NCBI RefSeq assembly: GCF_026210795.1
Contig: NC_089435.1
Location: 5,270,001 to 5,334,000, forward strand
Direction of reading: 5' to 3'
DNA from: Rhizophagus irregularis
Taxonomy: Eukaryota
DNA length: 64,000 nucleotides
Below, one piece after another: positions 25,588 through 36,456 of the stretch. The notes under the pieces are model-generated. The model was not told the origin of the DNA. It did not search any database and saw only the letters and a program-made list of their open reading frames with translations. Within the stretch, counting starts at the first letter, position 1. Every line of letters starts with the position of its first letter. The position numbers and the translations under genes are program-made.

Positions 25588-28500
25588 ATGGAATGGTACC
25601 ATCAATGGGAAAGCGAATATAGAACACATAAAGAAGAACACGAATTAGGAACGGAAGAATTGGACGAATGTTTAAATTGTGAATTATGTTATCCAATAGT
25701 AAATGAACCAATAGTATTCAAGAAATTTTGGGACGCATTATTTAAATTTGAAGATGCAATAATAATATATAATGACGTAACAATTAAGGGAGTATTAGAT
25801 TTATTAAGTATGAACAATTCAGAAAGAGAGGATACAATACATAAAGGAAAATGCAGAGATATAATGGATAGAATAACAGAATCAATAAGATATAGAATAC
25901 AACCAAAGATGAAAGAAAAAGGATTACGAACAATTATATTAGTAATTGTAAGAGATTGTATTGAAAGAAATCTGGAGAATGAAGTATTTGATAGATTAAT
26001 TGGAAATCCTGAATTAATAGAACACAAATATATTTTGGAAGATTGGGATGTTGAAAGAAGGTTTGAAAAATTTTGGCAATGGTATAGAATCACATCGAAA
26101 GAAATTGGACCATTACGAGTAAAGATAGGAGCAATAAAGACATTTAGGGAATTACTATATGAAGAAGAAGGAATAGCTATGAATGAAGAGAAAGTAAAGG
26201 AACTAATGTCCGATGTAGAATATGAGAACATACATATAGAAAATGTTCATGAATATCATAGGAATATGGTACAAAAGATAATAAGAATATTTATAGATAC
26301 TAGGGGTTTTACAAAAGAACCAGAAGATTCAGAAAGTGAAGATAGTCCAGCAAGTTACGAGTTGGAAAATGATTCTGAGGAAGAATTAGAGATAATAATA
26401 GGAGACAAATCATGGAAATTTAGTGAATTAAGAAGAAGGTCAAATGTTATGGATAAAGATCAACTGAGGTACATTTGGAAGATAGGAATAAAGTTGATGA
26501 TAGAAATGGATATATTGGTAACGAGAATATTTATGGACAAAATTCAAGAGGTAGAGGAATTGGATGAAAGAGAAAAAGAATTGAGGATAAAAGAATGGTT
26601 AGAAAAAGAAACAATAATGTGTGAAAAATGTGGTAATAGAAGGTTCGAAATGGACGAAGCGGATAGCGAGTGCGGGGAATGTGTTAAAGAAGCGCAGAAG
26701 AATGAACAAGATGAGCTAATAGAATTAAGAAACAACTTAGAAAAATTGGGATATGAAATAGATGTGTCAGAAATTCAAAGAATGAAGAGTTTTGGGGTAA
26801 ATAATCGAATAATGGTAACTAAAGAATTTGTGGAAGAATATATGGAAGTGATAGATTTGGAAGATAAAGAATTAAGAAAAGAAATCCATAAGTGGTTAAA
26901 CAAGAATACAACTTGGTGCGAAAGATGTGAAATAAGATGGATGAATGATATGTTTAGATTAGGATGGATGGATGATATGTCTAGAGTAAGAGGAATGGTA
27001 TGCAAAGATTGTGAAGAAGAAAATATCGATGAAATTGATGATCGGGTAAAAAGATTACAGAAGATTTTTGAAGATATTGGAACAATAATAACTGAAGAAG
27101 AATTGTTGAGATTAACTAGTATGGGATATACAGATGGAGAAATTTTAGATAAAGAATTCATTGAAATCTTTCAAGAAAATAAAAATAAGTCGGAAAAAGA
27201 ATTGAAGAAAAAGTTAGATAAGTTGTTGAAAGGACAAACAGGAACAATAGATAGTGAAGAAAGTGGCGAAAGAAGCGATAATGAAGAATCAGAAGAAGAT
27301 AATACAGATGATTCAGAAAAGATTGGAGAAATATTAAGTCCGGATGAAAGATGGGATGAAGATATTGAAAATTTTAACGAAGAAGAATTTGAAGATGAAG
27401 TTGAAAATGTTATAAATAGAGGGGATAGCGACTTAAGTCAAAACTCAGATACGAATAGTTCATTAAATATTAAAAATTCTGACAACGAAAGTGAATTATC
27501 TGATTACAATTTACAAGATTTATTTCAAGAGAATATATTGAAGATGGCAACTGAGGGTCAAATAAAAAGAGTGATAGAAAATGCTTTAGGTTTTCCAGCA
27601 AATACTTTGAACGCAGCAGTAGGAGCAGGAGGAAGTTTGATAGAAAGGATCGAAAATGCAGGGAACGAAGCAGGAGGAACAATTAGTATACCACTCTTTT
27701 ATGGAAGAGAAGATGAAGATGTTACTGATTGGGTTAGACAATTCGAGGTAGCATTTGCAGCAGTCGGAAAAGCAGCGGGGGCTAATGGCGTAAGACAAGC
27801 GGTATACGCAGCAGCACATTTAAGAGGGGCAGCAGCACAATGGTATAATGAAATGAAAGAAGTAAATGCGGGAAACTTAGTGAATTGGGCAGATGCAGAT
27901 AATGATAATGATTTAAAGCATAGAATAAAAAGAAGATTTACCAGAGAGGATGTTAGAAGAAAGAAAATGCTAGAATTAAGAAAAACCCGACAAGAAACAA
28001 GTGAAAGTGTTGAAGAATATACAAGAAGATTTAGACAAATATTAAGAATAGCAACTAGAGGACATGCCTTAGCAGACGAATATCAAGTAGATTTTTATAT
28101 TGAAGGATTAGAACCAACAATAGGGTATCAAGTTAGAAGACAGAATCCAGCGAACTTAAATGGGGCGATAGAAATAGCAGTAAGGGAAGAAGGTGCGAAA
28201 GACGAATTTTTAAGAAAAGCAATAGGAACGTCAATTAGTACGAAGATAGACATCGGAAAAGACGATAATAGACAAAATATGTTCGCAAAACCATTGAACG
28301 AAAATTATGAGGACGAATTAGCTGAAATGTTTAAAGAAAAGGCAAAAATCAGTAAATTAGAAGCACAAATAGCAAGTATGGAGAGAAGATTAAATAACGA
28401 TAATAGGAATAGGTATCGATCAAATATGGGAAGGAGATTAAATAATGGTAATAGGAATAGTTATCAACCAAATCAGATTAGGGTACCAACATGTTACGGA

Positions 28501-29181
28501 TGTAATAGAGTGGGGCATTATAAGAATAATTGTCCTGAAGGAAGGAATGCAAGATTAAATATGATAGACGAATATGATGATCAAGAAGAATACTATTATG
28601 ATGAATATGGATACGAGGAACCACAATACGGTGAAATGTATTATACACAAGGCTATTACGATGATTATGAAGATAGAGAATTAAATTATCATAGTGAATT
28701 ATACGCAAAAGATGACGCAGTAAAAGGAAGAAGACAATCAAGAAGAACGAGTCCAATAGTGGGATATAAAAACAATGATGAAGGAAGAAATTTACAAGAA
28801 GAATTAAGAGAAGCAGGAAATAGAATGGATGATAGAGAAATACCAACTGGTACAACAGCACCAAATTATATACCTGAACGAACTGAACAAAATGGGGATA
28901 GACCAATGGGACCAAAAGGAATGAGGTGGAGTAATAAAAGGCAAGCTTATTACGACCCAACAGAAGGACTAAGAAAATGGAGAGAAGCAGGAGGACCAAC
29001 AAAGCCCAGAGAATATGGACCAAGACTAACTGACGGAATACCACCTTATGACATTGTGGAAGATGTGAAAAATTGTAGAGCGAATATAACATATGGACAA
29101 TTAGTAAACGGGAATCCTAAGTACCATAAACAATTAAGAGAAGGAACATATAGACCAAGAAGTATAAACGAGAAAAATTGA
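25588..29181 (+). CDS. gag: Gag with a ~650-aa N-terminal extension
   Basis: 1197-aa ORF; retrotransposon gag region (IPLFYGREDEDVTDWVRQFE...LRGAAAQWY...RQETSESVEEY) and CCHC knuckle CYGCNRVGHYKNNC. Confidence 0.92.
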   Translation: MEWYHQWESEYRTHKEEHELGTEELDECLNCELCYPIVNEPIVFKKFWDALFKFEDAIIIYNDVTIKGVLDLLSMNNSEREDTIHKGKCRDIMDRITESIRYRIQPKMKEKGLRTIILVIVRDCIERNLENEVFDRLIGNPELIEHKYILEDWDVERRFEKFWQWYRITSKEIGPLRVKIGAIKTFRELLYEEEGIAMNEEKVKELMSDVEYENIHIENVHEYHRNMVQKIIRIFIDTRGFTKEPEDSESEDSPASYELENDSEEELEIIIGDKSWKFSELRRRSNVMDKDQLRYIWKIGIKLMIEMDILVTRIFMDKIQEVEELDEREKELRIKEWLEKETIMCEKCGNRRFEMDEADSECGECVKEAQKNEQDELIELRNNLEKLGYEIDVSEIQRMKSFGVNNRIMVTKEFVEEYMEVIDLEDKELRKEIHKWLNKNTTWCERCEIRWMNDMFRLGWMDDMSRVRGMVCKDCEEENIDEIDDRVKRLQKIFEDIGTIITEEELLRLTSMGYTDGEILDKEFIEIFQENKNKSEKELKKKLDKLLKGQTGTIDSEESGERSDNEESEEDNTDDSEKIGEILSPDERWDEDIENFNEEEFEDEVENVINRGDSDLSQNSDTNSSLNIKNSDNESELSDYNLQDLFQENILKMATEGQIKRVIENALGFPANTLNAAVGAGGSLIERIENAGNEAGGTISIPLFYGREDEDVTDWVRQFEVAFAAVGKAAGANGVRQAVYAAAHLRGAAAQWYNEMKEVNAGNLVNWADADNDNDLKHRIKRRFTREDVRRKKMLELRKTRQETSESVEEYTRRFRQILRIATRGHALADEYQVDFYIEGLEPTIGYQVRRQNPANLNGAIEIAVREEGAKDEFLRKAIGTSISTKIDIGKDDNRQNMFAKPLNENYEDELAEMFKEKAKISKLEAQIASMERRLNNDNRNRYRSNMGRRLNNGNRNSYQPNQIRVPTCYGCNRVGHYKNNCPEGRNARLNMIDEYDDQEEYYYDEYGYEEPQYGEMYYTQGYYDDYEDRELNYHSELYAKDDAVKGRRQSRRTSPIVGYKNNDEGRNLQEELREAGNRMDDREIPTGTTAPNYIPERTEQNGDRPMGPKGMRWSNKRQAYYDPTEGLRKWREAGGPTKPREYGPRLTDGIPPYDIVEDVKNCRANITYGQLVNGNPKYHKQLREGTYRPRSINEKN

Positions 29182-29694
29182 CTACACTCGGTGGGAACTA
29201 TGAAAGATGAAGAGAAAAGAACTACAGCGATGAGAACGGAATTAGAAGTTGAAGATCAATTAGTGAGTGTAATAATAGATACCGGAGCAGCAGTAAGCGT
29301 GATAACAGATAAATTAAGAAGAAGATTGAATATACCTATATTTGGAAAAAGTAAATTTAGATGTACAATAGCAAATGGGCAAAAGATAGCAGCATTAGGA
29401 AAGGCAAATATAACTTTAAGATACAAAGATGAATTAGAGATATTAAGAGACGTTGAAGTAATCGATTCAGAAGAGGAGGATCTAATTTTGGGAAATGATA
29501 TATGGAAGCTGTATAATGCAAAAATAAATTTCGAAGATCATACCTTAAGAATAGAAGAACGGGGAGAAATAATAACGATCCCAGTAGGATATGAAAGAGA
29601 AGCAATATATGAAAGCGAAGAGAGCGAGGACGATGAAGAATATGAAAGTAACGATGAGGGAGAGGTATTCAAAATGCACCAGAATTTTAAATAG
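29182..29694 (+). CDS. Retroviral-like aspartic protease, in frame with gag after a single TGA
   Basis: VIIDTGAAVSVI and LILGND motifs. Confidence 0.92.
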   Translation, partial: LHSVGTMKDEEKRTTAMRTELEVEDQLVSVIIDTGAAVSVITDKLRRRLNIPIFGKSKFRCTIANGQKIAALGKANITLRYKDELEILRDVEVIDSEEEDLILGNDIWKLYNAKINFEDHTLRIEERGEIITIPVGYEREAIYESEESEDDEEYESNDEGEVFKMHQNFK

Positions 29695-29729
29695 AGAGTC
29701 TTGGCTCTGAAGAGAGAGAGACGGAAAAG

Positions 29730-31817
29730 ATGCTTAAACCTAGTGAAAAATTTATGCAGAAATTAAGTATAGGGAAAGTGGAAGAACCAATTTGGGAAAA
29801 TATGGTAAAATTATTATTAAAATACCAAGATATTTTGGAATATGACAAAGAAATAGAAGGAAGAACAAAAGCGGCGCAACATGAGATAAAAATAAAAGAT
29901 GGGGTAGAACCAATAAAGCAAAGAAGATACAAAGAAACAGATGAGAAGGCAAAATTTATAAGTGAAGAAGTAGATAAATTATTAAGACAAGGAAGGATAA
30001 GAAAATCAAAGAGTCCGTGGAGTTCACCGGTTACATTAGCAGGAAAGAAAACAGGAAAATATAGATTTTGTATTGATTACAGAAAGTTAAACAAGATAAC
30101 TATAATGGATAGTTTTCCTTTACCAAGGATGGATGAATTGTTAGACAAATATAGAAAAGCAAAATGGTTTTCAAGTATAGATTTAGCGGCGGGATTTAAT
30201 CAAGTAGAAATGAAAGAAGAAGACAAAGAAAAAACAGCATTTGTATGTTCAAAGGGATTATTTGAATATAATGTAATGCCGTTCGGTTTAACGAACGCAC
30301 CAGCAACATTTCAGAGATTAATGGATGAAATATTAGAAGAATACATAAACGATTTTGTGGTAGTATATATCGATGATATTATGATATATTCAGAAAATTT
30401 AAAAGACCATATGGAACATGTGGAAAAAGTATTAAAGAAGCTACAGGAGAATAATTTGATAATAAAATTAAAGAAATGTAGATTTTTGGAAAGAAATATA
30501 GAATTTTTAGGACATATAGTAGGAAATGATGGATTAAGGCCAGACGATAAAAAGATAGAAAAGATAAAAGAAATGAAGGCACCAACAACAGTGAAAGAAG
30601 TTAGATCATTTTTAGGACTTTGCTCATATTACAGAAAATTTGTGAAGAATTTTTCAAAGATAGCAAGACCAATAAGTGATTTGAGAAAGAAGGGAATACC
30701 TTTTATTTGGGGAAGAGAACAACAAGAAGCGTTTGAAAAATTGAAAGAAAAGTTAATACAATATCCAATATTGCGACATCCAGATTGGAAGAAAGAATTT
30801 TTATTAATAACAGATGCATCAGGAAAAGGATTAGGCGCAGTATTGAGTCAAAAAGATGAAAAAGGAAAAGAAGTAGTAATAGCATATGCAAGTAGAAGTT
30901 TATTACCAGCGGAAGAAAATTATCCGATAACAGAGTTGGAATGTTTAGGAATAGTTTGGGGAATCCAACATTTTCATAAATATTTAATCGATAGAAAATT
31001 TAAAGTAATAACAGATCACAGTGCATTAAAGGGATTAATGAATGCGAAGATACCAAAAGGAAGAAGAGCAAGATGGGTAATGGAATTACAGCAATATAAT
31101 TTTGAAGTAGTACACAGGTCGGGAAAAGAAAACACGAACGCTGACGCATTAAGTAGATTATTAAAGATAGTGGAGGAACAACCAGAAATAGTAATAATCG
31201 ACGGAGTAGACGGATTGGGAAAAACAAGTATAGTACAAAATTTAATTGGAGAATGGGAAAAACAAGGATTAAAAGTAAGATTCAATACTTATAAAAGAAG
31301 AAGAAAAGATAAAGATGAATTTCACGAATCAAAGATGGATACAGAATGGAAATTCAGAAAAGAAGTAGTGGAACAAATAAATAGAAGAATGTTAGAATAT
31401 GATGAAGATACAGATATAATAATTTTAGACAAATCACCATATTGTGAATATTATTATCAAAAGACGAAAAGTTTTGACAGAGGGTTAATTACTCCACATG
31501 GAAATCATGAGATGGAAAAAGAAATATTTAGATTGAAAGAAACAATAGATAAATCAATAGTGATATTTTTAGAAAAAGATGGCAATGTATGTTGGGAAAA
31601 TTACATTGGAAGAGAAACAAAGAAAACGGAAAAATCATCATATCCAACATTAAAAAAGGATGAATATTTGGACATGGTTAAAATGTTTGAAGAAAATCAG
31701 AGCGTATACAAATATACCAAAAGATACAGTCGAGTAAAAGTTAAAAATGACAATAGTAGTTGGAGAAAAGTATTTAAAGAGGTGGAAAAATGGAGAATGG
31801 TTAAAGAAATTTTATGA
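29730..31817 (+). CDS. pol: Pol: reverse transcriptase, RNase H and a thymidylate/dNMP-kinase-like P-loop domain
   Basis: SPWSSP, RFCIDYRKLN, MPFGLTNAPATFQ, YIDD, TDAS, TDH and NADALSR, followed by IIDGVDGLGKTS...IILDKSPY. Confidence 0.93.
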   Translation: MLKPSEKFMQKLSIGKVEEPIWENMVKLLLKYQDILEYDKEIEGRTKAAQHEIKIKDGVEPIKQRRYKETDEKAKFISEEVDKLLRQGRIRKSKSPWSSPVTLAGKKTGKYRFCIDYRKLNKITIMDSFPLPRMDELLDKYRKAKWFSSIDLAAGFNQVEMKEEDKEKTAFVCSKGLFEYNVMPFGLTNAPATFQRLMDEILEEYINDFVVVYIDDIMIYSENLKDHMEHVEKVLKKLQENNLIIKLKKCRFLERNIEFLGHIVGNDGLRPDDKKIEKIKEMKAPTTVKEVRSFLGLCSYYRKFVKNFSKIARPISDLRKKGIPFIWGREQQEAFEKLKEKLIQYPILRHPDWKKEFLLITDASGKGLGAVLSQKDEKGKEVVIAYASRSLLPAEENYPITELECLGIVWGIQHFHKYLIDRKFKVITDHSALKGLMNAKIPKGRRARWVMELQQYNFEVVHRSGKENTNADALSRLLKIVEEQPEIVIIDGVDGLGKTSIVQNLIGEWEKQGLKVRFNTYKRRRKDKDEFHESKMDTEWKFRKEVVEQINRRMLEYDEDTDIIILDKSPYCEYYYQKTKSFDRGLITPHGNHEMEKEIFRLKETIDKSIVIFLEKDGNVCWENYIGRETKKTEKSSYPTLKKDEYLDMVKMFEENQSVYKYTKRYSRVKVKNDNSSWRKVFKEVEKWRMVKEIL

Positions 31818-31955
31818 TCGAGGGGGATTTACACCAAGAATAGTAATTAAAGGAAAAGAGGTATTCGATAAGACCCGAGTTCGATTCAATTAGAATTATT
31901 ATGAACGAGACCCGAGTTCGATTCTTTTAAAGTTATTTGTGAGGTCACAAATAGC

Positions 31956-31969
31956 GAAGAGGGGGATAA
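31956..31969 (+). promoter_or_regulatory. Polypurine tract
   Basis: GAAGAGGGGGATAA abuts the 3' LTR. Confidence 0.85.
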
Positions 31970-33203
31970 TGTAAACGGCCGAATATCAAGCACGAAAAGA
32001 AGATAAAATTCAACCGCCAAATGTAATTATTAAGTATTAAGAACGAACAAATTAATCGTGGATTGGCGTAGATGGATAAATAATTAGCCGAAAAGGATAA
32101 ACATTTAAGAAGAGTAATGATCTGCATGACGTAATATTTATTGAATGATTGACAAAGAACCAATAGGATAAATAGAGTCGATCATTTGCGGCTTAGCGAT
32201 CTTTACAAGAACGATAAGAAAGAATAATTATAAGCCACGAAAGATAGATTATAAGCAAAATATATAAAGTGGATTAAAAGAACATATAAAATAATGTCGG
32301 AAAGATTAAAGAACACAAAATAATATAAAAGATAATATGAAAAGATGGCATAAAGATGGAATATAAAAGATAACATATTAAAAAGAACATATATAAAAGA
32401 TAACACAGCCACAAAAGATGAATTATATCTTTACGACATAATATTTGAAAGATTATTTTAAAGAGAAGATAGCACAGCCATAAAAGATGGGTTATAAATT
32501 ATTTCTTTACGATGTAATATTCGGATAATAGAAAAGATAATATATAAAATAATATATAAGATAGCATATTAAAAGATAGCGTATTTAAAATATAGATAGT
32601 ATATTAGAAAGATAGTTCAAAGATAATATGTAAAGAACATGAAAGATAGTATATAGATAGAATAGAAAGTAGCATAAAAATTGTATATATAGAGAACGGA
32701 ATTCAAAGTAATTCCATAGTTCGCATCCACAGAACTCAATAAAATATAAGTTTCGTTTAATTATTTGTTAATGAAGTTTAATATTAATTAAAGGTAATAG
32801 GTTCGCCCTAAACTTTAATTAATGTTTGATTAATTAATTTTAATTAATGAAAATTTAAGAAGAATTAAATATATGTTTTGAAAAGTGATAATTCGTAGCG
32901 AGAGCTATCGAAGTTTGAAATTAAAGGTAAAAGTGGATATAATTTGAGGAAAGAGACGTATATTTTATTTTATATCGTTTAATGTTTTGTATTACTAACA
33001 CTATTTATTTTATGAACCAAGAATGTTGTTGTACGTTGTTCGCTGATGTTGTTGTTTGTTAATTATGTTTTGATCACGTGCTTGTTCGTTTAATTGTTCG
33101 TTTGTTCGTTTGTTTGTTCGTTCATTCGTTCGTTCGACCATGAGAATGCCCGTTCGATGTGGCAACCTTGTAAATTGATGACAGGGGGAATTGGGGGATC
33201 TCA
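31970..33203 (+). repeat. 3' LTR (1234 bp)
   Basis: Direct repeat of 22783-24016. Confidence 0.97.
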
Positions 33204-35319
33204 CCGATATGCAAAATATTTATTTATTGTATTTGTATTATATAATCCAAAGAGGTATATTAAAATTATTACTAAAAAAGTATTTTAATATTAAAGATAA
33301 TCGTTTATTCATATAAAACCCCTTATTTTCAATTTTTTTTTATTTTTTCTAATATCACGAATAACTGACAAAAATATTAAAAATATACATACCGTATTTT
33401 GTGGGCTACAGTACCCCCCCTATACACAGTATTTTACACAAATTTTTTTTTGGATTTTTTAAATACCCAGATTATACATGTAGCTGAAACCTCTATGAAG
33501 CTAAACAGGGTTTCAGACTTTCAGTAATTTAATTATAATAAATTATAATAAATTATTAAAAACTATCCAAAAATCCATCTAAAACTCCAAAGACTTTATA
33601 TTATAGTTTCGGCTGGATGTAGAGATTAATTTTTATCATTTTTTAACTTAATTTTGATTTAAAGATGTGGCTAAAAATCACGTGAAAAAGTTTTGGCTAC
33701 AAGTATAACCCAGATATTTCGCACAGAGACATTCGATTTTTAACCTCTAAAATTTATAAAATATCTGAGGTACAACACTAGAAAAAAAAATATATACACT
33801 GTATAATATCCGGGTATTTATTATCAACTTTATTTATTATATATGATATTACAATATGCAATACATTGTTAAAATCCTTTATATTATTTCCTAAATTCTC
33901 TCAATATAGAACATTATTTTTCATCAGAAGTTAGTTCTTGATTTTGATTTCCATCTTCTCCACTACTATCATTACCACCATTATTTTCTTTACTCTTACC
34001 TTTATCTGTTTCAATTTCCCACTCATTTTCATAATCATTTTCTTCGGTATTCATTTTCTTCATCATCTGAATTATTTATATCTACCTCATCATCATCCTT
34101 CGGCATGTCCAGTAACTTATCATAATCAAATAAATCATTATCTTCTGAATCATCAGTATTTGTTGAAACTTCACAACATTTGAAAAACCTTCTAATAAGA
34201 TCTTCATCAACATCATCCTATGATTCCTTGACTCATGTTGCAACTGTTGAATAGGAAGGTCTTTTAATCCTTCTGGCTGGAATAAGAGCATGAATGGTAG
34301 AAGACATCCAATTATTATATCATTTTTTAACCTGCAAATTATAAATAAATGTTAACAAAAATCAAAGAATTTATAAATAAAATATGCTAAATTGCTAACA
34401 ATAAAAAATTTTAAAGAATTATATACAATTTTTACCTTAGCATCAGCAAGTTTGAAAAGTGTTGATTCACACCAGTATACGCGTTGATCAACACCAGCTA
34501 GTTGTTCAACGCGATTAATAATATTAATCAACACCCGTATACTGGAGTATATTAACGCTTAATGTTAATATACGCGTCATTCAACTCTAATGTGTAGTTC
34601 AACACATTATACATTGTTGTTTAACGCACTGTATATTAACACATACTATACTATTTTAATTAAATTAAATTATATTTATTTTTATTCACCTTAGGAATCG
34701 AACCAAATACCTCAACTTACACTATTAATTATTTCACGATCTAACCACTGCACTATTTAATTTAAGTATATATTTATATATATTAAACTTAATATTTAAA
34801 AAAAAAATTATTTCGGCAATTGCGTAATGTACTCTTATCATGTGTATCACGTGATACTAGACTTAATAATTACCGCTGCGGCAGTGCTGCGGCTGCGGTA
34901 TAGCAAAAAAAAAAATTAAGCTTTTTTTGGCAAAGCTTAATTTTTTTTGCTTTTTCCTCTTCGTTCTCCCCTTCCCTTTTGTTTTCCCATTACTCTTTCG
35001 TTCTTCCCTTCCTTCTCCCCTTCCTTTCATTTTCTCATTATCCTTTCGCTCTCCCCTTCATCCCTATAAAAAGTTCTATCCGTTATTTCTGTAAAAACCC
35101 GTAAAAATGAGCCTTTCACAGATCCATTCACGGAAAATGATAAATTCCGTAATAAAAGGTTATTAATTCTGGACCTTTTACGGAAGAAAGATGAAATATA
35201 AGAAATGGATTAACTTTCCCTTTCGTTCTCTCCTTCCCTTTTATTTTCCCATTACCCTTTCATCCCATTTTCCCCTTTACTTTCCCCTTTACTTTCCCCT
35301 TTCACTTTCCATTTCACAT

Positions 35320-36045
35320 TCTTTAACGAAACGTCAAAAAACGTTTCGAAAATAATTTTTTTCATATTGTTTTAATCGGAACGTTGGCTAACATTCTGAT
35401 TTTTTTTTTTATTTCATTTTTTAGCGAAACGTTAAAAAATGTTTCGAAATACATTTTTATTTCATATTTTTTTAATCGGAACGTTGGCTAACGTTCCGAT
35501 TTTTTTTGTTTTTTCATTCTTTAACAAAACGTTTTTTAACGTTTCGAAGCATTTCTTTTTTTAACTTTTTTAATCGGAACGTTAGCTAACGTTCCGATTT
35601 TTTATTTTATTTCATTTTTTTATTTACAAAACGTTTTTTAACGTTTTGAAACTTTTTTTTTAATTTTTTTTTAATCAGAACGTTAGCTAACGTTCCAATT
35701 TTTTTTATATTTTATTTTTTTACGAAACATTTTTTAACGTTTCATAATATGATTTTTTTTTCATATTTTTTTAATCGGAACGTTAGCTAACGTTCTGATT
35801 TTTTTATATTTTATTTTTTTACAAAACGTTTTTTAATGTTTTGTAATAATATTTTTTTTTTTCACATTTTTTTAATCGGAACGTTAGCTAACGTTCCAAT
35901 TTTTTTTATATTTTATTTTTTTACGAAACGTTTTTTAACGTTTCGTAATAATATTTTTTTTCACATTTTTTTAATCGGAACGTTAGCTATAACGTTCTGA
36001 TTTTTTTTCATTTCATTTTTTAACAAAACGTCAAAAAACGTTCGT
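35320..36045. repeat. Tandem ~120-bp repeats with palindromes CGGAACGTTAGCTAACGTTCCG and GAAACGTT..AACGTTTC
   Basis: About six units, flanked by TTCCC/TTTCG low-complexity tracts. Confidence 0.85.
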
Positions 36046-36456
36046 TCTCCCTTTTTGTTATTTTCCCCTTTCCCTTTTCATTCCGTTCTTCCTATTCCCC
36101 TTCGTTTTCCCCTTTCCCTTTACGAATATTGAGAAAAAATCATTTTTTAAAAGTGTTTCTGTATTATTTTTTTCTTGAAAAAAGTAAATTTATTAAGTAA
36201 AATAAATTATAGAAAACTTTTTAAATATACATAAAAAATCTCTTTATTTGAGATTTTGATATAAAAAAATAATTTAGCAATTAAAACGCGTCTTTCCCTT
36301 TCGTTATCCCTTCCCCTTTTCATTTTTCCCATTTTTATTTCGTTTCTTCCTTTTCCCTTTCGTTCTCCCTTCCCCTTTCGTTATCTTCTTTCCCTTTTCG
36401 TTATCCCCTTCCATTTTCGTTTTCCCTTTCCCTTTCGTACTCCCGTTTCCCAAATG

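Larger units (their letters stand above)
22783..33203 (+). mobile_element. Ty3/Gypsy LTR retrotransposon, young, lacking integrase
   Basis: TG...CA LTRs of equal length, 4-bp TSD CCGA, PBS-like and PPT sites, gag-PR-RT-RH order. Confidence 0.97.

Noticed and set aside
25689..31285. Antisense ORFs within gag/pol
   Set aside because: F/L/S/I-rich shadows of the purine-rich sense strand, with no recognisable motifs.
34683..34762. Functional tRNA genes here and at 56919-57001
   Set aside because: Acceptor and anticodon arms are not canonical; kept only as tRNA-like modules.
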